Origin: Azolla caroliniana
Taxonomy: Eukaryota > Plantae > Polypodiophyta
Length of the DNA: 64,000 nucleotides
Direction: 5' to 3'
Assembly: GCA_043228905.1 (NCBI GenBank)
Contig: JBHGNT010000004.1
Location: 372,001 to 436,000 of the forward strand
Shown piece after piece: positions 14,981-28,195 of this stretch; within the stretch, counting starts at the first letter, position 1; each line of letters opens with the position of its first letter. Made by a program: the position numbers and the translations under genes. The notes beneath the pieces are model-generated. The model was not told the origin of the DNA. It saw only the letters and a program-made list of their open reading frames with translations, and did not search any database.

Positions 14981-15325
14981 GGTGTGATATTTGAGAAGAA
15001 GAATGCTAACCATCCTCCAAAACATTGCCCTTATGAAAGCTCTAACCATTTTGAGGAAAGAGTCACACTCCTTTTCAATCAATTTTCAAACAATTGGAAA
15101 CCAAGGTCAAGGCTTTTATAGTTTATATCGAAGGCTTTTAACCTCTTTTCCTAAGTTTCTAGGTCAACCAAGTGTTGTTGGCAAAAGCATCATGTGTTTG
15201 TGTGAATGTCAAGCGAGATCACGGCGAACCTGAACCAAGGAAGATGGCACTCCTCATAATGTAGGGTAGTGACTTGGATAATGTAGGGCACCCTAATGTA
15301 AATATATGTAGTGGCACTCCTCATA

Positions 15326-15811
15326 ATGTAAATATATGTTGAGCAGCATGGGTAAATCTTCCAAAAAACAAATCCTACAAAAATGGTGCATATGAAGGTT
15401 TTTTTCCTATGAAATTGAGCACTAGAGATCCGAAGTAATGGCCTTGCGATTGGAGAATACTTGATCAACTCAGGTATATGTTAAGGAATAGAAGATGGCA
15501 TGAAAGAATGAGAAGCGAAGAAATGGATTTGGATATGTTTCCGCGTGGAATGCCGTATGATGTGTGCATACCAAGCTATGTGCACAAGCATGGTACGCAA
15601 ACTCGACGAGTCCTTTAGTAGAAAGCTTGAATATTAGTGCAATAATGTGTGAGACAAATCCTTATGAACATGACATGGGTTATTTGCTCAATGGCTTTAA
15701 CTTTGCCTAGCTGCATGACACTCAACAATATGAGCACTACCTTCAATCTTACCCTCAAACATTTTGCACATCCAACGATTCTAAACCCTAAACCCTAAAG
15801 CTATTCATTAA
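15326..15811 (+). repeat. 486-bp direct repeat, copy 1
   Basis: Near-identical to 17046-17531 (one substitution seen, AACTCGACG vs AACCCGACG). Confidence 0.9.
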
Positions 15812-17045
15812 AGTTATTAGTGATGATGACCACTTGAAGCAGCAAGAGTTGTTACTACCTACTCCTTCCACAATACAATGTAGCCATTTTGGTTTATAAT
15901 GTTTCCTTTTGGTCTCCACAATACACTTGCCATCTTCTAACAATTTGATCATTGCCTTGTTTAAAGAAAAAGAAAGAAAGAAAGAAAGATGAATTCCTCT
16001 TGATTATTTTGCAGAACTCAAGAAGATCGTGCAACAACTATGTATAGCTCACCCTTGCAAAAATTTTACACAAAACAAACAATGATTCTATGACAAATTA
16101 AAGACTATGTTGATTTTGATCAGACTTCTATGGATATCCTCCATTCTGTGCTGGTCTCCCATTGAGAATCTCAAAATGGATAAGAAAAGATGCAATAAAA
16201 TGTAATGTTGTAATTAGGGCACACTAAGATCTATCTCAATTCCCTAGTTAGGGGGGGTGGTTGGGTGGAAGCATGCCCTTAATTCCATTTTCTTTCCTTT
16301 TGACTATATGTTTGGTAACTGCTGAATTAGTTGTGCTATCCCTAACATTTAGTTAGATTAGTTAACATTTGGTTCGTGCAATCTATCGGCCCGTGTTACT
16401 TAGGTTAAATGAATATGTTGCCAATCGCCACATCCGAGGCATTGACAAATATGTGGAGCTCTTGATTCAAATCAATTGAGAAACACCATGTATTGCAATG
16501 TAACAAGGGGCAACCCTCATCATGTGTTAATGACTCAACAACAACAGATGGACAATTGCTCTCGTGCATGGATCATTTGCACAAGTAAATATGTCCATTT
16601 TTGGCCATTGAAAGTTTTGATTAAATGCAAGAAGAAGGTGCATTTCTAGGTTCTATAACTATTGTTTGTGTCTTAAAAGCATGTGGGTTCTCAAAACATG
16701 GTTTTCATAACTTTTCACAAACTTGGAGCTACATTACAATCTTTTGATTGACAGATTGCAGGATAATCTGGAAGTTCCCCCCCCCCCCCCGCTTGTTGGT
16801 TGTTTTTCTCTACTGTGGATGTATATAGAATCATTTCCTTAGCTCATTTAAACGAAGGATTCATGGGTAGCCATTGTCTTCCACAAGATGGGCTTGGGAA
16901 GGATAGTCACTTCCTTTCCATCTATTTTGTATGTTGCCGGTGATATGCCTTTTTTAAAACTAATGGAAGGATATTTTGTTTCGAAAAAAAAAGGCAACCC
17001 ACATAATGTATTTTCTAGCATCATGTTTGTATGCATACTTTTAGG

Positions 17046-17531
17046 ATGTAAATATATGTTGAGCAGCATGGGTAAATCTTCCAAAAAACAAATCCTACAA
17101 AAATGGTGCATATGAAGGTTTTTTTCCTATGAAATTGAGCACTAGAGATCCGAAGTAATGGCCTTGCGATTGGAGAATACTTGATCAACTCAGGTATATG
17201 TTAAGGAATAGAAGATGGCATGAAAGAATGAGAAGCGAAGAAATGGATTTGGATATGTTTCCGCGTGGAATGCCGTATGATGTGTGCATACCAAGCTATG
17301 TGCACAAGCATGGTACGCAAACCCGACGAGTCCTTTAGTAGAAAGCTTGAATATTAGTGCAATAATGTGTGAGACAAATCCTTATGAACATGACATGGGT
17401 TATTTGCTCAATGGCTTTAACTTTGCCTAGCTGCATGACACTCAACAATATGAGCACTACCTTCAATCTTACCCTCAAACATTTTGCACATCCAACGATT
17501 CTAAACCCTAAACCCTAAAGCTATTCATTAA
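17046..17531 (+). repeat. 486-bp direct repeat, copy 2
   Basis: Near-identical to 15326-15811. Confidence 0.9.
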
Positions 17532-17907
17532 GTATAAATTAAACACATAAATATCAAGATTGTGGCACTTTTGATAATGGAAATTGAAAATAGTTTTCTG
17601 AGGCTAGTGCAAGATATAGAAATTTCCTTAAATTGAAATGACTTTTCAATAACTGCAAATTATGCAAGAGAATCATTGCTGAGTGGGAATTTGTCTTTTG
17701 AAGATGATAATTGTATCTTTCTCATCATTAATAATTGTTAATCACACAATTAAATGATCTTATACACTATTATGCAACTGAGACCCATATTAGAAAGTAT
17801 GGCATCTCCATATAAGCTAATGAAGAAGTTGACACAAAGAAGGCCCCACATTATATATTCAATTTCAAAACTTTCAAGATAAATTTCCAAATAATGTGAG
17901 TCTTGAC

Positions 17908-18271
17908 CATAGTTGTCAAAAAACGTGTATTCTACATTTAGAATACGTTTTAGAATTCTCTGAATTATTGTACACGTATTCTACATTTTAGATCTACCAT
18001 TTTATAATAATTCATGTATTCTACGTATTCGACTTATTCTACTTATGTTACAACTACGTAACATTTCAAAAAAGTTTAAAGAAATTTTTAATTTTAAAAC
18101 CTAAATTGATTTAAAAAAACTTCAAAATTTAAGAAATATCAAACATATTTTACGCCTATTCTATCTGTATAATCCATATTCTAAGTATTTAAAAAAAAAT
18201 GATAGAATAATTTTAGAATACTTAGCATACGTATTCTACGCGTATTGTATGCTAAGTATTCTACAACAATG
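17908..18271. mobile_element. hAT-type MITE
   Basis: Perfect 8-bp TSD GTCTTGAC (17900-17907, 18272-18279); TIR CATAGTTGT / ACAACAATG; many subterminal GTATTCTA motifs. Confidence 0.85.
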
Positions 18272-19889
18272 GTCTTGACTTCAACCATCATTGCATAAGT
18301 TGGGTCAAATACAAGGGACAACCTAATACAAAATGAGAGAATGGTAACAAAAAAACTTGCAACCTCAAGCTTAATTTTGTGTACATATGTTCTCTACATC
18401 AATGTATGTCCCAATATAGAATGCCTAGTTGATCGGTTAACCATGTTGAATCAATATCTACCAAACTCATGTCATTTTCCCCTACATGTATTTTGGAAAA
18501 TAACATTTTGGCGAATTCATTATATCAAATCTAGCATTAAAAGGTTTAAAATATAACCAATGTTGTTCTATCACTTTCCTAAAATGGTTTTGTTTTGAAC
18601 CAAGGATAGTATATGTCCACCTAATAGGGACATGTTATTCAGATCCAAAAACCCTAATGCTCTAGCATGATTTCCTAAGAGGAGCATGAATACCAATTTC
18701 ATCGTATCGACATAAACTTTACACTGTTTTTCCAAGCATGGCTTTACAAAACTCATATTTTCTTTGTCATCAACTAAGGCTTGGACCCATACCTAGAAAT
18801 AAGGAAAAATAAAGCTAACAAATATTTTTTCTAAGGAGGTCAATCACACGTGAAACAGGTCATGCATGTTGTCACATGACATGTTTCTTTGCTAACTTCA
18901 GGACATGTGTGTGTGGCCATTCTATTTTCATTTTTCAAGGTTTCTATGATCAAACAACACAACCTTTTACTTTCCATTTTCCCAAGAAATGATAAAAAAC
19001 AGCCATGTATCTATTTTTTTATCCAATTTAAACAAAAGGTATTTTTTGCAAAAACAAACAATAATTATGGATGCACTACGTTATTGTATAGGTAATATGA
19101 AAAAAAATAAAAATACCCAAATATTGTATTTCAACTACTGCATTATTTCTTTTTTGAGGGCACTCAGCCATAAAATGCCCTAACACACCACAATGAAACA
19201 AATGTACCCAATTTAAACCGAAAATACATAGAAAGAATATTAGAGTATGCAATTTGCAAACAACTTGGCCTCTTTATAGTTCTATTGTGTGCATTAGCAC
19301 TAGGAGGACCAAGATCTTTCCTGGCTTTTCAATTACTAATTGTAATATTGGCCAAACCATTGAATATGTACACTCTACCTCAACCCATACATGATGCATT
19401 GATACTCTCACTTCAATATATCTTCGTATTCCACTAGTGTCCTCCAAGGAACAATATGAACCAAACTTTTTTCATAAAAAACTGGGAATGTATTGAGTAA
19501 TTTCTCTTTATGCTCTTGCGATACCAAAACAACATAAAACCTACGAGGACTGACATAAACATCTTGAACACAACCAAACTATAAAATCCCACATAACCAT
19601 TGTTTGATTCCCTAAAGGAAAGGCATTTTGCCCATGAAAAACAATACGATCCCTCTATCAAAGAAATTAGCAAATGACCCCAAAAACTCATTGTCGCTTA
19701 TTTCTACATTAGCCACTTCATCGTAACAAAATCCTCAACAACTTTCACATTCTGCCTTATACATTATACAATCTTCCGTTAGAATATTTGTCATGCATCA
19801 TAAATGTTCCCAATGACTATCATCCTTGTCAATATCATCTTGTCTCATTGGATCAACATTAGACATATCATTATTATCACCCCTCTCAA

Positions 19890-19893
<4 letters not shown>

Positions 19894-19921
<28 letters not shown>
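19894..19921. repeat. (CT)n microsatellite
   Basis: Directly visible. Confidence 0.9.
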
Positions 19922-19925
<4 letters not shown>

Positions 19926-21006
19926 AGTGAAGGAACACAAATATATCAATAAACTTGTGAAAAACACTACAATGGTATACTAATTGAGTGTGGTCACCAC
20001 AACACAAGTAGTGTGACATTTTGATTCGCCAATAAGCAAGATGATTACGCCACCAAGGAAATAATTTCTAGTTGATCCAATAAAGAAATTTCCACATAAA
20101 TACTCCGTTCAACTTTTGTAGATATGCTCTGACTCCATACCTACAATCAAACACTAAAGCATTGTGCATATCCCAACTATAACTCAATCTGCAATATCTC
20201 AGAATTAGGAAAACAATCTTCATCTCTAATTTTAGGTCGATTTGTATGAATTGTGGTAAACATCCATTGTCTTGGTGTCAACTAACAATGCGACACAACT
20301 TGCCAAATCCAAGATATGTATCTGTCTCTTCTCCTCCAAAAAACAATTTTATAAAGACATCAAAAGGGCACATATGTATATTTTCCAGGATGGTTGAGAA
20401 TATATAAAAAAGGACAAAGTTTCAAAATGGCACAACTCTAGATTGCAAATGAGTAGCTTTCATGAAAGTCATTTCGTCATGCAATGAAAAGAAGCTTTTT
20501 GATTAAGTATATGCATTGGAATGACACCATAGTTGTAGTTCAAGGAAAATTTGGTTAGATAAGAAATGGCTAAAAAGTACTTTATGACTTTAAATGTAGT
20601 CAAAGATAAAGAAAATTATCAAAAAGTATCTACATGCATAAGACAGTCAAAGAAAGAGAAGAGTCACCCAAGAGAAAGTAAATGCGAATGGAATTTTTGG
20701 GGAAATCTCAAGTGGAAACGTGTTGAGAAATATGACAATTTATGGATTTGTACATCCATTCAAAGAACTTATACAAGCAAGAAAACGCTTGAAAGAAATG
20801 GGTTACATTTGCCTTTCACACTGTTGAATTGACTTGGCCACAATCTTCCTTCTCTCACCGGCTCCTTGGTCTGTGACGCTAGTGGTCCCTCCCCCGTTCC
20901 AACACATTCTCGCGAAAATTCGCGACATCTTTGGTGAACCCAACGTGAAAAGGGGCGGCAAAGGAGCTCAAGATGAGAGGAAGTGAGCAAGCAAAGGCAA
21001 TGGCGG

Positions 21007-22327
21007 TGTCGTGTGAATCTTCACACACTATGTAAAAAAATAATGAAATAATTATCATAGATTAGATTAGTAGCTTACTATAGAAAGATGGATATACTCA
21101 AGAGCTTCAAAATGTATTTTACTATATACAAAATGGAGAAATACATATCAAGTTATGAGAAAATAAAGTTTGATTAGATAGGGAAATTAGAACTATCCCA
21201 CATAGATAGGAAAGTTAAGGCCCTGGCTATATAAACACCTTAAGCTCCCTCATTTTTCATTTGTGCTAAGAGCACTTTGGCCACTTTGTCTTGATGGATG
21301 ATGGTGGCCAAATTCCTTAAAACCGGAAACCGGCTGGTAAGAAAATCCGGAAAACGGGTTCGGTAAGCAAATTTGGAAATGGGCCGGTAAGCAAATCCGG
21401 AAACCGGCCGGTATGCAATTTGGAAACTGGTTGGTATGCAAAACCGGAACCGGAATGGGTATGCAAACTGGCCAGTAAGCAAAACCGGAACCGGAATGGG
21501 TATGCAAACCGGAAAATGACTGGCAAGCAAAATCGGAAACCGGCCGGCAAGCAAAACCGGAACAGGAACGGGAACCGGCAAGCAAAACCGGAATTGGAAC
21601 CGGCAAGCAAACCGGAACCGGAACCGGCAAGCAAACCGGAACTGGAATCGGCAAGCAAAACCGGAACCGGCAAGCAAACCGGAACTTGCCGACAAGCAAA
21701 ATGGAACCGGCTACCGGACGAGGTTGGACGCGGACGGACGAAAGATTGGATCATGCAACAAACTAAAGTAAAGTGAAGAGAACTAAAGTAAAGGCCATGT
21801 GGACGTAAGCAACTAAAGAAGAGAGTGCATGGAAAAAGTAAAGGTCATGTGAACGGTCACATGCAACTAAAAGAAAAAGCTAGGCAACTAAAAGTAGAGG
21901 CCATGCAACAAAAAGTGGAAAGGCTATGATCAAGGGAGAACTCTATATATATTCCATTTTTTTCCTTACACTCAGACTCTCCATATTATCTTAATTTTCT
22001 TCTCAACTCCCTTATCTTAGGGAAGCCATAACTCTCATAAACCCTAAAATTCCCTACGGAAGCCATAATACTCATATAACCTAATCCTAATCTTCCCTAC
22101 GGAAGCCATATCTCTCAAAACCCCTAATTTTTCTTTTCTATTAATCTTAGTAAACCTAAAACTTCTAAATCCCAATCTTGGGACATTGTAATTTTTTTTT
22201 CCTTTGTTAATGAAAATTATTAAATTTCTTCTTTCTGTTAATTGTTAAAAATATAAACGCACAAATGTGATTATCCTATGGTCGGAGGCCCCGGGGTCTT
22301 GCCTCAAAGTTCACGTATCCTCGTCGT
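21007..22327 (+). mobile_element. gypsy LTR in plus orientation, missing the last ~12 bp
   Basis: Starts TGTCGTGTGAATCTTCACAC; inverted homolog of 24346-25730; TSD GCGG at 21003-21006. Confidence 0.85.
21320..21715. repeat. CCGG-rich tandem array (GCAAACCGGAACCG-like) inside the LTR; inverted counterpart at ~25020-25415
   Basis: Directly visible; source of the spurious PVPVP/FRFRF ORFs. Confidence 0.9.
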
Positions 22328-22782
22328 CGCGAAGGTAAGGTACACATCCGCACCAACCCGATTGGAGTTCTCATGGTTGTAATGTCACGACTGTCGACCG
22401 CCAACTGGAATTGATCGTAGCCAGAGTAAAGATCGCCGATGGAGTAGATGGACCGGCCCGCAAACGCCTCGGCAAATTCATCCACACTCGGACCGATTCC
22501 AGCATTCCGAATTGTCACCTTGTTTACGGGTTGAAGATCTTGAATCAATCGCAACGATCCATTCTTCTTTGGCACCGTGAACCACCTATTAGAATAAGGA
22601 GCATTCGATGGTTCTAGAATTCCCATCCTCACCTTCTCCTTTAAGAGCTCGATCAACTTCGGTAGGTGTGCTCTCGGAACCGGTATCGGTTTCAAATTCC
22701 AAGGCACATGCGGCACCGTGAAGATCACCATTGGTTCTACCGTCCTTGGATTAGCACACCCGATTTCTTGTGGAAAAAACGC
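22328..22782 (-). pseudogene. gypsy reverse transcriptase N-terminal fragment
   Basis: PHVPWNLKPIPVPRA...EPSNAPYSNRWFTVPKKNG.LR.IQDLQPVN...DLYSGYDQF, nearly the same as RT at 40487-40975. Confidence 0.9.
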
Positions 22783-22886
22783 TGTCGTGTGAATCTTCAC
22801 ACACTATGTAAAAAAATAATGAAATAATTATTATAGATTAGATTAGTAGCTTACTATAGAAAGATGGATATACTCAAGAGCTTCAA
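22783..22886 (+). mobile_element. third copy of the LTR outer end (first ~104 bp)
   Basis: Matches 21007-21110 and is joined directly to the RT fragment. Confidence 0.9.
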
Positions 22887-22937
22887 GAGATTGACCTTGA
22901 ACCAACTCGTTGGTTCCTTATCTTTCTTCTTCCAATG

Positions 22938-24212
22938 TCACCATGACCATTCTTTCCACCATAACCATGGAGACCATCCAAACCACCAAATCCTTTGTCT
23001 GAGCTTTGCATTGCCATATTTGGTTTTCATGTCCTCTTCTGCCTTCCCGAAGCATAACCCTTCATGCATCATGCAAGTGCTACCTTTATTTCGACCATCG
23101 CCATGGTTAACGCAATTTAGTCTTCCTTCTTTCATCAATCTAGGTTTGTCTTCATTAGACCTCACTTGAACATTGACTTTGACTACTCCTTGTAGCCCAT
23201 GCTTCAAGTCCACGCTCACTTTCAAAATCTGGGATGACCACATTTCATGTTTCCCACATCCACCTTTTTCATGGTATGCTCTCATGTGACAGTTGACCAT
23301 CGTTTGTTTGATCTTCACACTAGAATCCCCTTTTGAGTCAGAGCATGGGATCATATCTCGCGGAATACCCTTAGACTTCACTTGGCTCGCTTGGCCATTG
23401 TCATGCACCATTGTGCTTTGTTTGACCTCTTCATCGTATATATCAACATTGACCTTCACTTCCTCGTTACCACCTTCCATATCTTGGGTCTTTATTTGGT
23501 TCAAGTATGTCTCTTCGGTGATGGCCCTTTCTCCACCGACCGATATGTTCCCGTCTACCATTGCCCAAATATCTTGAAATAGTGGGGAAGAAGTCTCGGC
23601 ACACTTGCCATCCTCCTTCATTGTGTTGTCCATAGCCACCTCCATCTCTAATTCGTTATTTGTGGCCATCTCTTCAAATTCATCGGCCTTGTACCCATTG
23701 ACCTTCTCAATCGAGCAATCCTCGATTATTCTTCCCTCTTCTTTGCATGTGTTAGTTTTGGCCTTCACTTCTTCGCTCATCATTTGCTTCAGTTTTTGCT
23801 CCTTTTGAAGCTTCTCTTCAGCCTCAACTTGCGCCTTTAAGTGCTCGAATGCCTCTTCCATCAAGACTTCTATGTCGAGTATTGTTGAACCTTCCCTCTT
23901 CGAGTTTTCTTCTTTAGGTGGTAATTTGTAGTTGCTTCCCGTCCTATTTTCACCATCCCTAGTACGTTGTGTTGTCACCGATGAGAATCTTGTCTTCCTC
24001 TCATCGTGAAGTCGACATACTCTTTCCACTTTCGTCCAATCTTCTGTGAGGCCATTTGCACCATCGTCATCTTCAAGTCGGATTCCAATGGCATTCCTTT
24101 CCTTCCGATCGATTGACTTCACAAACATTAGGACTTTTTCCACCCCCACCAATCTTTGATCCCGCTCCGAGAGTTGTGCAAAGCGACACTCGAACTCAAC
24201 GAAAGCATGCAT
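22938..24212 (-). pseudogene. gag-derived ORF of the minus-strand gypsy copy
   Basis: EFECRFAQLSERD...VLMFVKSID...GLTEDWTKVERVCR aligns with gag EFEERFARLSALD...FVKSVD...GLTTDWVAVKRVC at ~42900-42750; lies downstream of the PBS at 24325-24341. Confidence 0.7.
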
Positions 24213-24345
24213 CTCATTGATGGGTCTTTAATGATGATACCCATTGATCGAACTCGTATAGTTTGCATCTCTTCGGCTCTTTGTATCTATATGCCTCCAT
24301 GAGATATCCTCCTACCGCCTCGTTTCACGTCGGGTTCACCAAAGA

Positions 24346-25730
24346 TGTCGTGTAAATACGATGAGGATACGTGAACGTTGAGGCAAGACCCCGGGGCCTT
24401 TGTCTAGAGGATATCAAATTCGTGTATTTATATACTAAGAATTAACCGAAATGAGAAAGATTAACAAATTTCATTAATAAAAGGGAAAGAAAGATTACAA
24501 TCAATCCCAAGATTGGGATTACAAAAGTTTTATCTTATGGAGATGATTAAAATAATAGATTAGAGGAAATAAGAGATTATGATTCTTGAGTGTTATAGCT
24601 TTGACGAGGAATTTTGGATTTTGAGAGATTGCTTCCGTATGGAAATTATGGTTTACTTGAGAGATAGCTTCCGTAGGGAAGATTAGGGTTATTGGCTTCG
24701 ATAATATAAGAGAGCTCTCAAAGAAAAGAAAAAAAATTAAGATAATATGGAGATTCTATCCTAGTGTAGGAAAAAAAATAGAATAAATATGGAGTTCTCC
24801 CTTGATCATAGCTTTTCCACTTTTTGTTGCATGGCCTCTACTTTTAGTTGCCTAGCTTTTTCTTTTGGTTGCATGTGACTGTCCACATGACCTTTACTTT
24901 TTCCATGCACTCCCTTCTTTAGTTGCTTGCGTCCACATGGCCTTTACTTTAGTTCTCTTCACTTTACTTTAGTTTGTTGCATGATCCAATCTTTCGTCCG
25001 TCCGCGTCCAACCTCGTCCAGTAGCCGGTTCTATTTCGCTTGCTGGCCGGTTCCAGTTCCGGTTTTGCTTGCCGGCCGGTTTCGGTTTGCTTGCCGGTTC
25101 CGGTTCCGGTTTTGCTTGCCGGCCCATTCCAGTTTGCTTACCGGTTCCGGTTCCGATTTTGCTTGCCGACCGATTTCCGGTTTGCATACCCGTTCCGGTT
25201 CCGGTTTTGCTTACCGGCCGATTTCGGGTTTTGCTTACTAGCCGGTTTGCATACCCGTTCCAATTCTGGTTTTGCTTGCCGACCGGTTCCGGTTTTGCAT
25301 ACCGGCCGGTTTCCGAATTGCATACCGGCCGGTTTCCAGATTTGCTTACCAGCCCGTTTTTAGATTTGCTTACCAGACCCGTTTTCCGGATTTGTTTACC
25401 GGCCGGTTTCCGGTTTTAGGGAATTTGGCCACCATCATACATCAAGACAAAGTGGCCAAAGTGCTCTTAGCACAAATGAAAATTGAGGGAGCTCAAGGTG
25501 TTTATATAGCCAGGGCCTTAACTTTCCTATCTATGTGGGATAGTTCTAATTTCCCTATTTAATCAAACTTCATTTTCTCATAACTTGATATGTATTTCTC
25601 CATTTTGTATATAGTAAAATACATTTTGAAGCTCTTGAGTATATCCATCTTTCTATAGTAAGCTACTAATCTAATCTATAATAATTATTTCATTATTTTT
25701 TTTACATAGTGTGTGAAGATTCACACGACA
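24346..25730 (-). mobile_element. complete gypsy 5' LTR (1385 bp) followed by a tRNA-Trp PBS (24325-24341)
   Basis: On minus TGTCGTGTG...TTTACACGACA, then TCTT-TGGTGAACCCGACGTGA; TSD GCGG at 25731-25734. Confidence 0.9.
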
Positions 25731-26507
25731 GCGGTGACTGTCGACCGCTTGGTGAATGCTCGGGAGAGCGCAAGTGGCATCGACAGGGCCATAGAAACAA
25801 TAGTCAGCGCATCAAGCCGATTCAACGGGAAAGACGTCACGAACTACCTGGAGGCCTTCAAGGCTGAGATACTGATGAGAGATGTCCTGAACGATAAACG
25901 ATTGTCCGTGTTTTCCTGGGTAGTTACACCAAGCATCCACGCTGAGGTGCTCGAGATGCAAGCTGACTGTCGGAGTTGGCCGGAGTTCGAGCAGTAACTC
26001 CTCGAAAGATATGACTTCAATGACTTGCATTGGTTATCGAAGAGGGAGAAGATTGAGTGGGTTGAGAGCCCCTGAAAAGGGAGGAACACATCGGCACTCC
26101 TCCAGGAGTTTGAGAAATAATTCATGCGACTCTTCGCGCTAGACCGGATTGTGCTCGATACGTCGAGCTAGGTCCTATTGTTCATCAAGTCGGGGGATCC
26201 ACTTGAATAGGAGAAGGTGGGTCTCCTCTTGGAGATGGACGAGGGGCTCATGGTTGACTGGGCTGTGATCAAAAGAGTTTGTAGCCGTTTCGACAAATGA
26301 CGAGAATCGAACGATGCAGGGTCGTCGTCGGACGGCCCAGCTACCGGGAGGAAGTCGGAAAAGTCGATTACGACTCGGTCAGAAGATACAAGGAGGTGGC
26401 TCGAGTCGGGTGCGGTTCCAACCAACGTGGTCAAGGGGTCATCCGGGGGTGTAGCTCTGGAGGATCTAACAAAGATGGTACGAGACCTCCAGATTGCCCA
26501 GGCTCAG

Positions 26508-27850
26508 TGTTGTTTGGTCGACAATAACTATTGCCGACACTGTATAGGTCGAACGTTGCTCACCGAACGTTCTATCAATGAATTGTGGTTTTAGACGAAT
26601 AGATACTAAAATGGTTGTAAACTTATCGATGATCAGTAAGCATCGAGATCACTATTTACGTAATAAGTTATAACAGAAAGGAAATAGATTGACAGAACGT
26701 TTCGTACACAGAGATTTCCTAAACTAACTTTATATTACTAAATAAAATGATAGCTCTTTACACTGCCTTCGGTTCCTCTTATTGGCAACCAAAAGGACTT
26801 CCTCATCAAGAAAACATATTGCCAAACATGGCAAGAACTACAAAATCCTGAACTAACTTATAATTTCAATTTCAATTTACTTCGGCCAGATGCTGACTCA
26901 TCGATCCTCTATACCGATCCGAAACCGACTCAGACTCCGAAAGTTCTTCATTTCTGATTACGACACTTCCCCACTTGTCTGGGTAACACTTGGCACGCCT
27001 GTGGGACAGGGCTTTGTCCGGCGAACCCCATGGTACCCCTTCTACTCCTGTTGATCCGAAGGAAGGTCCTCTAATTCATCCTTTGCGTCATCCTGCAGAA
27101 TATCGAACAATGAAGGTTTAGGTTGTTGCATATCCTCCTCGTCCTCGTCTTCGGTTTCTGTAAACGTGTTTGTATCTATGGTCATTGGTCTTGGTTTCTC
27201 CATTGTCGGTGCTTCCAGTCCCGGGGTCTGATTTCGCCTTTTGGATTCAAGGTTATCTAGCTAGATAGTTGTGTCGACATTATGTTTGTCGAATTCTTGC
27301 ATAATGCGACTAACTTCTTCTCAGTGACAAGCTGCTATCTCATACAAGTCTTTAGCAATATCTTCCTGAATAGTTGATATTGCTTCTTCTGTCATTTTGA
27401 AGAAACCTTGGCTGTGAGCCTTCCTATTGTCTCTGTTAGCCTGTAACAACTGAAGTTTAGCTACTTGTGCCGACCAGGTTTTCCAGCCTTTATCTATGAA
27501 CTCATTCACCATTTTCAAGGTGTTAAGTTTATGGCGTCTTAGGATGTCTTGAATTCTTTCCTCGGTTATACTCGCTTGAGAATGTGCTTTTGCTAGTGTT
27601 CTTCGTAAATCCTCAATTTGAGCATTCTTTTCTCCTTCTGTCTGTAACAACTTGTTTTGCGCCAATAATAGGTCAAGTCGCCTTTTTGCCAACACAACTT
27701 CCACTTGTGAACACCATCTTTCCAGAGTTGCTCGCCTTTTTGCCGACACAATTTCTTGGATCGGATTTCGGCTTTTTCAGCTCTAGCTTCCGCCGCCTTG
27801 AATGTTGCTTCTACTTGTTGTAGCTTTTGTTACCATTAACATGTTCGTGT
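26508..27850 (-). mobile_element. 3' end of another LTR element: LTR 26508-26965, PPT, and an upstream degenerate coiled-coil ORF
   Basis: Minus strand AAGTGGGGAAG-TGTCGTAATC ... CAAACAACA; ORF 27321-27749 is heptad-rich and continues past stops toward the PPT. Confidence 0.65.
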
Positions 27851-28195
27851 TCACAAGTGGAAGGATCGCGCATAAATGGAAGGATAAGGGAAATTTTAGG
27901 GCTTTTTCAATGATTTTACAAAACACATTGATACCAGTATCATACATGTTCAAACATACTATGAAAAAGGTTAAAAATCCACTATTTTCGTGATTTAGAA
28001 GTAACTAAAAAAAGACGAATTTCAAAAAGATACATTCTCAATTTATATCACAAACTTTACAACCAATGTTATTTTATAAGAAACGATTTTTTAGAAATCA
28101 TAAGAATTCAAAACACATGCTTTTATATTACTCGATTTGTTACAAGCGGAATGTAGTTACACTTAATAGCCAAATATACATTCATGATCACTCCT

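Larger units (their letters stand above)
20840..26507 (+). mobile_element. truncated tRNA-Trp-primed Ty3/gypsy (LTR 3' end, PBS, degenerate gag), interrupted by the insertion 21007-25730
   Basis: LTR end ...CGCGACA (20927), PBS TGGTGAACCCAACGTGA (20932-20948). Gag MRGSEQAKAMAV|TVDRLVNARE...DLQIAQ is collinear with the gag at 43330-42530 and carries several stops. Left boundary approximate. Confidence 0.8.

Noticed and set aside
21240-21776. ORFs rich in PVPVP/FRFRF/NRNRN (also 24927-25562)
   Set aside because: Translations of the CCGG tandem array inside LTRs
21007-25730. DNA transposon or DIRS-like element suggested by long terminal inverted repeats
   Set aside because: The repeats are gypsy LTRs (TG...CA, adjacent PBS); no transposase or tyrosine recombinase inside
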